Of a stretch of 64,000 nt of DNA, positions 1 through 8,670 are shown piece by piece. Each line of letters starts with the position of its first letter. Position 1 is the stretch's first letter. The DNA comes from Chloroflexota bacterium (GTDB lineage Bacteria; Chloroflexota; Anaerolineae; UBA1429). The stretch lies in the NCBI GenBank assembly GCA_019873625.1, contig JAIOAW010000007.1, positions 13,596 through 77,595 on the forward strand, given 5' to 3'. Below the pieces are notes generated by a model. It was not told the origin of the DNA and did not search any database. It saw nothing but the letters and a program-made list of their open reading frames with translations. The translations under genes and the position numbers were made by a program.

Positions 1-340
1 GGGCCTCACCCAGCCGGATATCCTGACGATCATCGTCGCCCCGTTGGAGGACCCCAATTACGAGGCCCTGCGGGATATCGCCCAGGTAACGGATATGCTC
101 AAATCGCCCTCCATCGGCCTCATCAGCGAGGCGGATGAGCGCGTCGCCGCGCAGGTGGATGACGTCTTTCGCCTGGATGAGACGGATCCGCACCTTTTTG
201 CCATTTTGGCCATCTTGCCGGGGCAACTTTTGCCCTATTGGGGGTCCGTGGCCCAAGGCTTCAACCCAGATTGCCAACGTTCCGATATCGCCCGCCACGC
301 CAAGGTGTGGAATTGGCTCTTCCCGCCGCACACGCACTAG
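1..340 (+). CDS. 3' end of a gene whose start lies upstream of the window; product unknown
   Basis: Open frame 2 runs from base 2 to a TAG at 338-340 (G-L-T-Q-P-D-I-L-T-I-I-V-A-P-L-E-D-P-N-Y...). There is no internal start and I recognise no family. Confidence 0.3.
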   Translation, partial: GLTQPDILTIIVAPLEDPNYEALRDIAQVTDMLKSPSIGLISEADERVAAQVDDVFRLDETDPHLFAILAILPGQLLPYWGSVAQGFNPDCQRSDIARHAKVWNWLFPPHTH

Positions 341-355
341 GCCGAGGGGCTTGCC

Positions 356-1321
356 ATGGCATATGACGCCTCGGTGATCGGCCCGCTCAATATAGACCTG
401 CTCATCGTGGGCGAAGGCCCCCGCGACTGGGCTGACCTCCCCACGTGGGATGGCCCCGCGCAGATGGAGATGGTGGCGGCCGGTTCGGTGGGCTACCTGG
501 TGAGCGACCTGGCCAAACTCGGCCTGAGGGTGCGGGTCTCTTCTTGCGTGCCAGATGATGCCCTGGGCACCTTTATTGTAGACGCGCTCCAGCGCGAGGG
601 GGTGGATACGCGCGGCGTGCGCCTGGTGCCCGGAACGCTGTGCGGCATCGGCGCGTATGTGCTCCTCTTTGGGAGCCGCAAGCGCCCGCTCATCTACCGC
701 CTGCCCACCCACGAGCCGTGGCCCCAACACTATACGAAAGACGAAGAGGCGAGCCTATTGGAGGCTCGCCTCTTGCATAACGGCGGATATCTGCATTTTC
801 AAAACGCCTGGCACGGCGTAACGGTAGACCTCTTTCGCCAAGCGCACCAGCGCGGCCTGCTCACCTCGATGGATCCCCAATTCCCGCTTGCCCCGCTGGA
901 CCCGCCGTGGATCCGCGCGCTAGAGGACGTGTTGCCTTACGTCAGGCTCTTTTTCTGCGACGAGACGGAGGCGCGCCGCTTGACCAGCAAAGAGGACCTG
1001 GCGGCCTGCGCTCAGGTGCTCCTCGAGGCCGGGCCAGAGACGGTCGTCATCAAACAGGGGGCGGAGGGGGCGACCGTCTTCCAAGCGGGCAGGTGGCACC
1101 ATCAGCCGGCCATCCATTTGGGCGAGGTGGTGGATACCATCGGCGCGGGAGATGCCTTTGACGCCGGGTTTCTCTATGGCACGCTCCAGGGATGGCCCCT
1201 CGAAGAACGCGCCCTCTTTGCCGCCATCGCGGCGGGGTTCACGGTAACGGGTGTCGGCGGGAGCAAGACGTTCCCATCGTATGGCGAAATCCGGCGGGTT
1301 ATGGCGAGGTTCGATCGCTAG
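356..1321 (+). CDS. PfkB-family carbohydrate kinase (ribokinase-like)
   Basis: 321-aa ORF with ATG at 356 preceded by GAGGGG. The C-terminal motif GAGDAFDAGFLYG is the PfkB signature 2, and the N-terminus is Gly-rich. Confidence 0.7.
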   Translation: MAYDASVIGPLNIDLLIVGEGPRDWADLPTWDGPAQMEMVAAGSVGYLVSDLAKLGLRVRVSSCVPDDALGTFIVDALQREGVDTRGVRLVPGTLCGIGAYVLLFGSRKRPLIYRLPTHEPWPQHYTKDEEASLLEARLLHNGGYLHFQNAWHGVTVDLFRQAHQRGLLTSMDPQFPLAPLDPPWIRALEDVLPYVRLFFCDETEARRLTSKEDLAACAQVLLEAGPETVVIKQGAEGATVFQAGRWHHQPAIHLGEVVDTIGAGDAFDAGFLYGTLQGWPLEERALFAAIAAGFTVTGVGGSKTFPSYGEIRRVMARFDR

Positions 1322-1344
1322 CCCATTTCGCCAGCCCCGCGCCC

Positions 1345-1794
1345 CTATGGCAAACACCGAATATCCGCATAGACGAACCCCGTCGAGCGGCGATCCTCCT
1401 GTTCGACGATCCAGCGTTCTAGGCCGATTTGGCGCATCCGCTGGCCATCCGCCAGGAGCATCACATACCTTTGGGCCAATGCTTCGATGCGTTGGCAGGG
1501 GTACTCTTCACAAAAGGGGCAGACCGTTACGCCCCTTTCTTTTGCGCAATCGCGAATGGCGCAGGAGGGCGGGCCACAGACCTCCTCGCGGCAACTGGAG
1601 TGCGCCTCGGCCTCTACAAGGTGGCCCAAGAACTGCCAGAACACCTCGAACCCGGGCAATTCCGGCCCCCAGAATTCCCAGCCCTCCCGCCGCATCGTCT
1701 CACGCAGGGCGGCGGCTTGTTTGGGGATGCGGTTGCACTGCGCGCACAGGCCACAATACAGCCCGCAATAGGTTACGAGCCTTATATCGGCCAT
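1345..1794 (-). CDS. Cys-rich DUF3795-like protein (putative metal/Fe-S binding)
   Basis: 149 aa with the motif YCGLYCGLCAQC and many further Cys residues. The ATG at 1794 is preceded by GAGGAG. The family assignment is from memory of the CGLYCGxC motif. Confidence 0.45.
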   Translation of the reverse strand: MADIRLVTYCGLYCGLCAQCNRIPKQAAALRETMRREGWEFWGPELPGFEVFWQFLGHLVEAEAHSSCREEVCGPPSCAIRDCAKERGVTVCPFCEEYPCQRIEALAQRYVMLLADGQRMRQIGLERWIVEQEDRRSTGFVYADIRCLP

Positions 1795-1821
1795 AGGATC
1801 TCCTCGTGCCCAACCGGGCCA

Positions 1822-2295
1822 CTATTTTGCGAGCGACGCGGCCCACTCCGCGGCGCGCTCCAATTCCCCCTCCAAGAGCGGCCCCTCGGAGCCTCGGACA
1901 AAGAACCCCTCCGGGCTGCCCACGAGCGTGCCGCCTTTCTTTTGCAGGCTCGCGGCGATGGGCTGGGCCGCATAGCCAAAGATCCGCGCCATAAAGCGCA
2001 AAATGCCAGGGACTGCTTTATCCATCACGGTGCGCGTGTCGAAGGCGGCCACCTTGACGCCATTCAGCGCCCCGGCGGGGATGGCGGCGAGGAAGGCCTT
2101 CGTCGCGGGGCAGGGCCGGAAGGCCCGCGTGGGCGACCCCACGATCAGGAGGTCAACGCCGGCGATGTGCTCCGGTTTGGCCTCCGCCGCCCGCAAGGTT
2201 TGCACCTCGCCCTGGGCCTTGAGCGCCTCGGCCACGGCCCGCGCCACCTTTTCTGTATTGCCGTAGAACGTCTCGTAAACGACCAACGTCTTCAT
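1822..2295 (-). CDS. flavodoxin family protein
   Basis: 157 aa starting MKTLVVYETFYGNTEKVA, the classic flavodoxin FMN-binding N-terminus. RBS AAAGGAG lies upstream. Confidence 0.75.
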   Translation of the reverse strand: MKTLVVYETFYGNTEKVARAVAEALKAQGEVQTLRAAEAKPEHIAGVDLLIVGSPTRAFRPCPATKAFLAAIPAGALNGVKVAAFDTRTVMDKAVPGILRFMARIFGYAAQPIAASLQKKGGTLVGSPEGFFVRGSEGPLLEGELERAAEWAASLAK

Positions 2296-2336
2296 AGCGA
2301 TGTGCTCCTTTCGGCTCGCCTCTCAACACCCAACGC

Positions 2337-2365
2337 ACAATACGCCCAGATAACCGAAATGTCAA
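2337..2365 (-). promoter_or_regulatory. sigma-70-like promoter for the flavodoxin gene (TTGACA-17-TATTGT)
   Basis: Minus strand reads TTGACA (plus 2360-2365), a 17-nt spacer, then TATTGT (plus 2337-2342), about 40 nt upstream of the ATG at 2295. Confidence 0.35.
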
Positions 2366-2398
2366 TAAGAAAAGGCCCGTTCCGTTGAGGAACGGGCC
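2366..2398 (-). terminator. rho-independent terminator downstream of the two tRNA genes
   Basis: Perfect 10-bp stem GGCCCGTTCC/GGAACGGGCC (2374-2398) with a 5-nt loop, followed on the minus strand by TTTTCTT. Confidence 0.5.
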
Positions 2399-2402
2399 TC
2401 GA

Positions 2403-2474
2403 TGGCGGCGACTAGATTTGAACTAGTGACCAAGGGCTTATGAGTCCCCTGCTCTGCCGCTGAGCTACGCCGCC
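2403..2474 (-). tRNA. tRNA with CAT anticodon, resembling tRNA-Ile2 (lysidine, k2CAU) more than elongator tRNA-Met
   Basis: Minus-strand sequence GGCGGCGTAGCTCAGCGGCAGAGCAGGGGACTCATAAGCCCTTGGTCACTAGTTCAAATCTAGTCGCCGCCA. It folds as a cloverleaf with a 7-bp acceptor stem, T-loop TTCAAAT and anticodon loop CUCAUAA. The D-arm, anticodon-arm and variable loop (TGGTC) closely match E. coli ileX. No CCA is encoded. Confidence 0.8.
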
Positions 2475-2482
2475 CAAAAAAG

Positions 2483-2554
2483 TAGCGGGGCCAGGATTCG
2501 AACCTGGGACCTTTGGGTTATGAGCCCAACGAGCTGCCACTGCTCCACCCCGCA
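2483..2554 (-). tRNA. initiator tRNA-fMet (CAT anticodon)
   Basis: Minus strand reads (T)GCGGGGTGGAGCAGTGGCAGCTCGTTGGGCTCATAACCCAAAGGTCCCAGGTTCGAATCCTGGCCCCGCTA. It has three consecutive G-C pairs (GGG/CCC) in the anticodon stem and a mismatched 1:72 position, both hallmarks of a bacterial initiator. It is near-identical in layout to E. coli tRNA-fMet. Coordinates are +/-2. Confidence 0.8.
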
Positions 2555-2655
2555 TCGTGCGTCCTTTAGTATAGAAGGGAGGGCGCACTTTGTCAAATCA
2601 GCGGCTCCCTTTGATGAGAGCCTTTTGAGAAAGCTCCTCCTCCAGAAATGGTGTA

Positions 2656-4758
2656 TCATTGGGCAGGTAGGGATTCTACCCGCAGCGGCACAGCCAACTC
2701 GATGGCCCCACCCTCTGCTTGCTCGGGCGCTTCTGCGCGGGCCGGCACACGTTCCCCTGTTTGCAATGTGTACATCCCTACAAGAAAGCGATACTCGCCT
2801 GGCACAAGATCTGCCGGCAATTGGAGAACGTGGCGATCTCCTACAAGTTCACCCGCTTTCCATAGGCTCGTCGGATAGTACCCGCCCAGGGGCTGTTGAT
2901 CGTGTTGACTCAACAGGCGGCTTTGTTGATCTACCAAATGAACAAACACGGTGTAATCCGCTTCGGTTGGGTTGAGCGCTCTCCAGTAAAGGGTCAGGTA
3001 CACCTTTTCACCGGCATGGGCGGGTTGTGGGTAGAGTTCATAGCCTTCCAAGCGGGCAAGGTCGCCGACCTCAGCCTGTGCCCCATTCGCAAGCGGCACG
3101 GAATCGGTGAGGCGTAGAATGCACCAATTCGCCGGGATGCCCTCGTATGGTAGAACGAGCGCCCATTTTTCAGGAAGCCGTTCGATAATGACCCAAGGGT
3201 ATTCAGGCGTGAAGTATCCGGCGAAGGCCTCCGCTCGGCGGCTAACGACTTCCCAATCCAAGATGGCATAGACCAAGCGTTTCTCTCGCGCGTAAGCAGT
3301 GATATCTTCTAGATTTTGCACCTTGGAGGGAATATCTTTGAGGCTAAGGCGCCGTTCGTAGAGCCAATTGGGCAGGGTATAACTTGGCCCCCAAAGCACC
3401 TTCGTGCCGTAAGGAGTGCCTTCCTCCAACCATTCTAGAACGGCCTGCCCACGCGTATTGGCTTCCCGATCGATGGTTACAGGATGAGCGCGGATTTGGG
3501 GCCAAGCGCGGCCAGCGGAGACGCCCGCCCAGAGGGCCAACCCTGCACCTAAAGCCAAAGGCACCTTCGCTGTAAGATTCCTGAGCCTTTCCCTGCCCGC
3601 TATCCATTGACCCCCAATTGCTCCTAATGCGTCAAGGGTAAAGAGATAGATCATCGGGTGGAACAGGATGATAAATCTTGGCCCTACGTTGCTCGCTTGG
3701 ACGAACCACCCCAGCGGGATGAGCGAGAAGATAAGCATCCCCAGAAAGAGCCAAAAAGCGAGCGCCAAATGCCCCCACTGAGCACAGATCAGCCGGCGTT
3801 TTTGCCAAAAGAGCACCAACAGCCCTAACCAGAGGGCAATCCAGACCTTTTCTCCAACCGTTCCTCGGAAAGCATCCGGTGAAATGGGGCCTAATGCGTC
3901 AAAAAGGATGCGCGTAACCTCTCGCAACCCGAACCACAAGCGGTAGGCAATATCCGCCGCGGTATGTGTGCGGAGATAGGTCTGGAGCGTCGGCGCCTCG
4001 CTTAGGTCTGCAAAATGCCGTTGAGTTGGGCTATCAAGAAAGATCTCGTGCCGATAGTTATAATTGTACAAGGGGTTACCGTATTCTTTGATATTGAACA
4101 CAAAGAGAGGTGCCCAGGCAATAAGCCAAGTCAGGCCAAAGAGCCAAACCTCGCGGCGTTGCCATACCTTCCGCCGGTAAACCTTGAGGGCAACCAAGCC
4201 AAAAGCCGGCACGATTTGGAGCGCCGTCCCTTTGGTAAAGTAGGCTAGCCCCGCCATAATCCCCGCCAAAGAGATAAGGAAGAGTGCCTTGCGCTCCGAG
4301 GAGGCCAAGCCCTCGGTCATCAGATACCAACTAGCCAAGGTGAGGAGAATAAGGAGTGGTTCCGCCATCACGCGTGATGATACCTCGAGGAACGATGCAT
4401 TGAGGCTCAATAGGCCGGCTGTCAATAATCCCACTTTGGGGCCAAACCACCGCTTTCCCAAGAGGTATACCATCACGAGGCATAGCCCGCCCAAGAAAAG
4501 GTTCAGAAACTTGGCGCGTGTGTAATAGCGCCACTCACGTTCAGCAAAAAGTGAAAGAAGGGCGGGCAAAAGGGGATGGCGTTTGCCATCGGTCAGGTCG
4601 TGGCCGTCGCGCAGGTTCAACCCCAGCGTGAGATAGGATCGTTGGTCGAACGCGCTGGAGTTCGTGTTCTGTTCAACCGCGACGATCCCCCGAACCGTAT
4701 AACTCGCCAGAAGTAAAGTGAGAAGAAACCAATAAGCCCACGGCGTCTTGGATTTCAT
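2656..4758 (-). CDS. GT-C fold membrane glycosyltransferase (GT39/ArnT/PMT-like, polyprenyl-phosphate-sugar dependent) with a large C-terminal non-membrane domain
   Basis: 700 aa. The N-terminal roughly 450 aa contain many predicted TM helices and a conserved-looking early loop (DEAFH-like region, RDGHDLTDGKRHPLLP). The C-terminal roughly 250 aa are soluble. The start codon overlaps the stop of the upstream FAD flavoprotein gene. Confidence 0.45.
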   Translation of the reverse strand: MKSKTPWAYWFLLTLLLASYTVRGIVAVEQNTNSSAFDQRSYLTLGLNLRDGHDLTDGKRHPLLPALLSLFAEREWRYYTRAKFLNLFLGGLCLVMVYLLGKRWFGPKVGLLTAGLLSLNASFLEVSSRVMAEPLLILLTLASWYLMTEGLASSERKALFLISLAGIMAGLAYFTKGTALQIVPAFGLVALKVYRRKVWQRREVWLFGLTWLIAWAPLFVFNIKEYGNPLYNYNYRHEIFLDSPTQRHFADLSEAPTLQTYLRTHTAADIAYRLWFGLREVTRILFDALGPISPDAFRGTVGEKVWIALWLGLLVLFWQKRRLICAQWGHLALAFWLFLGMLIFSLIPLGWFVQASNVGPRFIILFHPMIYLFTLDALGAIGGQWIAGRERLRNLTAKVPLALGAGLALWAGVSAGRAWPQIRAHPVTIDREANTRGQAVLEWLEEGTPYGTKVLWGPSYTLPNWLYERRLSLKDIPSKVQNLEDITAYAREKRLVYAILDWEVVSRRAEAFAGYFTPEYPWVIIERLPEKWALVLPYEGIPANWCILRLTDSVPLANGAQAEVGDLARLEGYELYPQPAHAGEKVYLTLYWRALNPTEADYTVFVHLVDQQSRLLSQHDQQPLGGYYPTSLWKAGELVGDRHVLQLPADLVPGEYRFLVGMYTLQTGERVPARAEAPEQAEGGAIELAVPLRVESLPAQ

Positions 4759-6569
4759 AATCCCAGTCTCACGGGTTCACGGCGTTCGATGAGGGGCCCC
4801 TCAGCCCCGCGCTTGAGCACGAGGTACACCCGCCAGCGCGCATCATCGCGCGGGAGGGGCCTTAGGCTCCCCTCGGCAAAGCGGAGGTGCGGCCCTCGGC
4901 TTTCGTCGCGCTCCAAGGCCGCTCGCGCCACCAGATGAGCCACTTGGAGGATGTTCAAGGTTTCCACCGCATAGGAGAGGCCCTCACCCGAGGCGGGGGC
5001 CACGCCGGCCTTGCCCAGGGCTGCAAGGCGGTCGCAAAGGGCCTTCAAACCGGCCTCCGTGCGATACACGCCGCAAAAGGTGCTCATTTCCTCTTGCACG
5101 GGGCGCCGTATCGCCTCTGCCGCCGCGCCTTGGGCCGAAAAGAGGTTGGAGATCGCCCCGCGCGCCCAGGCGTCGGGCAACATCGGCGGCGAGCCGTGGC
5201 CGAGCGCCCAGGATACGGCCGCCTCTCCCGCTAGCCGGCCGAAGACCTGCCCATCGAGCAGGGCGTTCCCGCCAGGGCGATTGGCGCCGTGCTGGCCGCC
5301 GGCCACCTCGCCGGCGGCATATAGGCTGGGTATGGTGGCGTTGCCCCGTGTGCGGATCTTGACGCCGCCCTGAAAGTGCTGGACGGCCGGCGCGATTTCC
5401 AGGCATTCTCCGGCTTCCAAATCCACCCCGCGTTCCTTAAGCCAAAGGATGGAAGGCCGATTGATGGCCCGCAGGCGCGCCAAAGGCGTGGAGAGATCCA
5501 CATCTCCCCCTACGGCCAGCCCCTTCGTCTCCCGGTACCAGAGCGCGGCGCCCCCTGGCAGGGCCTCTACCCGCAGGCCCTGCGGATTGCGCGCATAATC
5601 GAGGTAGACGCGCCGCCCCGCGCGCCGCTCGCGATCTACGGCGAGGTCTATGATGTGCGAAGGGGCCTCCGCCGAGACGGGCCAACTGGCCCCTTTGGCA
5701 AACAGCGTAGCATAGACCTCCTCAAGGGGCGTGCCCGTTGGAAAATAGCGCGGCAGGAACTCCTCGCCCGCGTCGTTCACCAGGCGCGGCAGGGCGCGCA
5801 TCATACTCCCTGAACAGGCCAAGTGGGTCTTGACCGAGCAAAGGCCAATCTGGATAAACTCCAGGTTCACCAACTCGGCCCCAGCGCGGTAGGCCAGGGC
5901 CAAGCCATCGCCCGTGCAGTCGGCGGGGTAGACATTCTCCGCAAACACCTGGCCGGCCCCGCCCGTGGCGAGGATCACGGCGTTCGCGCCGATGGCCTCG
6001 ATGGCCCCCGAACCCTCATGAATGAGCGCTGCGCCGATGACCCGTTCGCCCTTGCGATCGAGCAACAGTTCGCCCACCATCGCGTGCTCGATGACCTCGA
6101 CGGGCAGTTGGCGCAGGCGCCGCAAGAGGGCTTGCTCGATGTGCTGGGCCGTGTGGGGGCCTGTGTAGCAGGCGCGGGCATAGCGGGAGCCATCCGTTAC
6201 GAATTGGTCTACCGCGCCGTTGGCCGTGCGCGCCCAGGGCACACCCAGCCGGTCGAGATAGTCAAAGGCCTCCGCCGCGCGCTGGGCTAGGATCGCGGCA
6301 AGGTCCGCATCCGAAACCTCACCCCCCAGGCGGTAGATATCCTCGGCGTGGTAGCGCCAGGCCTCCGGGCCGCCGGGTTCCGTGGTGGGCAACGTGGCAT
6401 GAAACGCCATCCGGTCGGAGCAGGCCGTAGCCGTCACGCCGCTCTGGCCCAATGCGCCCTTGGTAACCAGGAGGATGCGCGCCTGGGGGGCGGCCTCACA
6501 GGCGGCGATGGCCGCCCGCAGGGCCGCGCCCCCGCCGCCCACCACCAAGACGTCACACGTGCGGCTCAT
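4755..6569 (-). CDS. FAD-dependent oxidoreductase, succinate dehydrogenase/fumarate reductase flavoprotein-like (SdhA/FrdA/NadB superfamily)
   Basis: The true start is the ATG at 6567-6569, giving MSRTCDVLVVGGGGAALRAAIAA, a Rossmann FAD-binding GxGxxG motif. The 733-aa ORF in the track has a spurious 129-aa N-terminal extension that overlaps the upstream gene in another frame. The ATG overlaps the upstream TGA (ATGA), and the C-terminal capping domain is SdhA-like. Confidence 0.65.
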   Translation of the reverse strand: MSRTCDVLVVGGGGAALRAAIAACEAAPQARILLVTKGALGQSGVTATACSDRMAFHATLPTTEPGGPEAWRYHAEDIYRLGGEVSDADLAAILAQRAAEAFDYLDRLGVPWARTANGAVDQFVTDGSRYARACYTGPHTAQHIEQALLRRLRQLPVEVIEHAMVGELLLDRKGERVIGAALIHEGSGAIEAIGANAVILATGGAGQVFAENVYPADCTGDGLALAYRAGAELVNLEFIQIGLCSVKTHLACSGSMMRALPRLVNDAGEEFLPRYFPTGTPLEEVYATLFAKGASWPVSAEAPSHIIDLAVDRERRAGRRVYLDYARNPQGLRVEALPGGAALWYRETKGLAVGGDVDLSTPLARLRAINRPSILWLKERGVDLEAGECLEIAPAVQHFQGGVKIRTRGNATIPSLYAAGEVAGGQHGANRPGGNALLDGQVFGRLAGEAAVSWALGHGSPPMLPDAWARGAISNLFSAQGAAAEAIRRPVQEEMSTFCGVYRTEAGLKALCDRLAALGKAGVAPASGEGLSYAVETLNILQVAHLVARAALERDESRGPHLRFAEGSLRPLPRDDARWRVYLVLKRGAEGPLIERREPVRLGL

Positions 6570-6940
6570 TCGACCACGCGTTCCACCGTGATGCGCGCGC
6601 CATCCGAAACCTTTTTGAAGACGGTGGCATCGCCCTCGACCTTCCCCCACACGTTGACGGGGCTGGCCGGGCGGATTTCGTTGCCCCGGCTCATCGGCGT
6701 GCGCCCGAAAAAGATGCACATAGCATGCCCGGGCGGCCAATAGCCCAAATCTCCCATCGAGACGACCTCTTGGGCGTTCTCCTCTTGGAGGCGGACCGGG
6801 ATGCCGAAATAGATTTCGTCTCCCCAGGTGTTGGCGCGCGCCGTGATGGGGAGCGCCTCCCAAATGGCGTCGGCCGTGCGGCTCTCGTTCAAGACGGCCG
6901 TCGCCGTAACGTCTCCCGCTGTGATGCGAATCCTGCGCAT
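6566..6940 (-). CDS. cyclophilin-like fold protein (PF04126-like, small roughly 124 aa)
   Basis: 124 aa, MRRIRITAGDVTATAVLNESRTADAIWEALP...GDEIYFGIP...GDLGYWPPGHAMCIFFG. Size and motif pattern fit the small archaeal/bacterial cyclophilin-like family. AAAGGAGG lies 5 nt upstream of the ATG at 6940. Confidence 0.5.
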   Translation of the reverse strand: MRRIRITAGDVTATAVLNESRTADAIWEALPITARANTWGDEIYFGIPVRLQEENAQEVVSMGDLGYWPPGHAMCIFFGRTPMSRGNEIRPASPVNVWGKVEGDATVFKKVSDGARITVERVVE

Positions 6941-7034
6941 AGGCCTCCTTTCGCACGAGTATTCCGTAACAACACCTAACCGACCCTGGCCTTTCGGCAG
7001 GGTTTCTTACATCGAACGGTTTTTGAGCCGGGAG

Positions 7035-7634
7035 TTAGGCCTCTTCAGCCACTTTGGCTCCGCAGTGATCGCAGAAGCGCGCCCCCGGCCGCAAGGCTTG
7101 GCCGCACTGCGGGCAGGTGATCTCCAGCCGGGCACCACAGTGATCACAAAACTTGGCGCCCTCTCGCACGGTATGGCCGCAAGAAGGGCAGGTCATTACC
7201 CCTTCTTGAGCGGGCGCCGCCTCAAACGGCAACGCTGCGCTGACCTTCCCGCCGCTCAGGATGTACTGGTTCACGAAATTGAACACCTGATCCGGCAGTT
7301 TTTTCTGCTGCCAGGCCCCGTAGGCCGCCGGGATGAGCGCCGGCCAAAAGAGAAGCACCCCCACCGCGCCAACCACCGCCTTATCTGCCCACGGAGCGGC
7401 ACCCGTTTGCACGGTGAGAAGATCATCCGTCTTTGTGAGGCTCACGTTGAGCGCAGCAGACATCCCCACGAACTGTCGCCAGCCCTCCGTTTTGCGCGCC
7501 TGGACGAGCACGCCGCCGCCCGGCGCGGACATCGCCTGGGCTTCAAACCCGCCGCGCTGAAACCATTCCACCAAGGCTTGGCCGAGTTGCCCGAGATCTA
7601 CCCCCGGCGCTTGATACACTCGCTGATCTGCCAT
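7035..7634 (-). CDS. hypothetical protein with C-terminal double zinc-ribbon (DZR) domain
   Basis: 199 aa. The C-terminus carries CPSCGHTV...CDHCGARL...CPQCGQAL...CDHCGAKV, i.e. four CxxC pairs. There is a central hydrophobic segment. Confidence 0.5.
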   Translation of the reverse strand: MADQRVYQAPGVDLGQLGQALVEWFQRGGFEAQAMSAPGGGVLVQARKTEGWRQFVGMSAALNVSLTKTDDLLTVQTGAAPWADKAVVGAVGVLLFWPALIPAAYGAWQQKKLPDQVFNFVNQYILSGGKVSAALPFEAAPAQEGVMTCPSCGHTVREGAKFCDHCGARLEITCPQCGQALRPGARFCDHCGAKVAEEA

Positions 7635-7801
7635 CTTGCCCTCCTTTCGGGCCTACACGCCTCGGTCGCACCGCGAAAGTAACCCACGACGCACACGCAT
7701 TCTATCTCACAAGGGGCAAACGTCCAACCCGCCGGAAGACCAGAGTTGTCAAAACCTGCGATCCTGCATATCCTCACGGCAACGACGTGCGAAAAGGTGT
7801 T

Positions 7802-8575
7802 ATGATGGAATTTACCCCTTATGAATATCGCGGCTTGGTGGCCCAAGCCTGGGATATCTTGCGCGGTGATACCTCTCACTGGGCGGACCGTTTTTTCTAC
7901 CTCGAAATCATCTGCCAATACGGCGAACCCGTTTTGGATATTGGTTGCGGCACGGGGCGGTTGCTTTTGGATTATCTTTCCCAGGGAGTCGCCATTGAGG
8001 GGGTGGATAATTCTCCAGAAATGCTCGCCCTTTGCCGCCAAAAGGCGGAGCATCTAGGCCTCGAGGTAACGCTCTATGAACAATATCTAGAGCGCCTGTC
8101 TCTGCCGCGGCGCTATCGGACGATCCTTATCCCCTCGAGTACTCTACAACTGCTGACCGATCCGCAAATGGCCCTGGAGGCACTACGGCGAGTGTATGCG
8201 CATCTCGCGCCGGGGGGCGCTGTGGCTGCCTCGATGATGACGCTGTGGCAGACTGGTGAGCCACTTTACTCTGAAGCCGAGCAAACGGCCGTCCGCCCAG
8301 AGGATGGCGCCCTCGTTCGGCGCGTCGCCAAAACCTGGTACGATCCCTCTAGCGAATGCGAAAGCACTGAAGACTTGTATCAAATCATCAGCGCCGACGG
8401 GCAAATTCTCGCCGAAGAATGTCACCGGCGTTCGCCTGCTACGCGTTCTTATACGCAAGACCAAGCGCGAGCGCTTTTCGCCCAAGCCGGGTTCAACCGC
8501 ATTAGCCTATACAGCCAATTCACCTTTTCGCCTGCTCAACCAGCAGACCGCCTTTTTACTGTGGTCGCCCAATAA
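7802..8575 (+). CDS. class I SAM-dependent methyltransferase
   Basis: Carries the motif VLDIGCGTGR (motif I) followed by an acidic motif II. ATG ATG at 7802/7805 is preceded by AAAAGG. Confidence 0.7.
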   Translation: MMEFTPYEYRGLVAQAWDILRGDTSHWADRFFYLEIICQYGEPVLDIGCGTGRLLLDYLSQGVAIEGVDNSPEMLALCRQKAEHLGLEVTLYEQYLERLSLPRRYRTILIPSSTLQLLTDPQMALEALRRVYAHLAPGGAVAASMMTLWQTGEPLYSEAEQTAVRPEDGALVRRVAKTWYDPSSECESTEDLYQIISADGQILAEECHRRSPATRSYTQDQARALFAQAGFNRISLYSQFTFSPAQPADRLFTVVAQ

Positions 8576-8670
8576 ATGCCTGGCGCGTACCTCGTTTGCA
8601 TTTTCGCCTGGGCCGTGGCATATTTGTAACCAGGTCGAGAATGGCACGTGATCCAAGCCGGGCGAGGAGC

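Noticed and set aside
1251-2388. Overlapping plus-strand ORFs (181 aa, 319 aa, 94 aa) across the DUF3795/flavodoxin region
   Set aside because: They are antisense to two minus-strand genes with good SDs and motifs. They are Arg/Pro-rich.
6957-7034. Imperfect hairpin (CCCTGGCC...GGCAGGG) downstream of the zinc-ribbon gene as a terminator
   Set aside because: The stem is bulged and no U-tract follows on the transcribed strand. Too weak to annotate.
7598-8053. 151-aa minus-strand ORF overlapping the methyltransferase start
   Set aside because: It is antisense to a well-supported SAM-MTase (DIGCGTGR motif). No RBS.
8576-8670. Pho-box upstream of pstS
   Set aside because: There are direct repeats TTTGCAT...TTTGTAA, but the spacing and sequence do not match either the E. 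coli (CTGTCAT-A4-CTGTCAT) or Bacillus (TTAACA x2) Pho boxes convincingly. Left unannotated.
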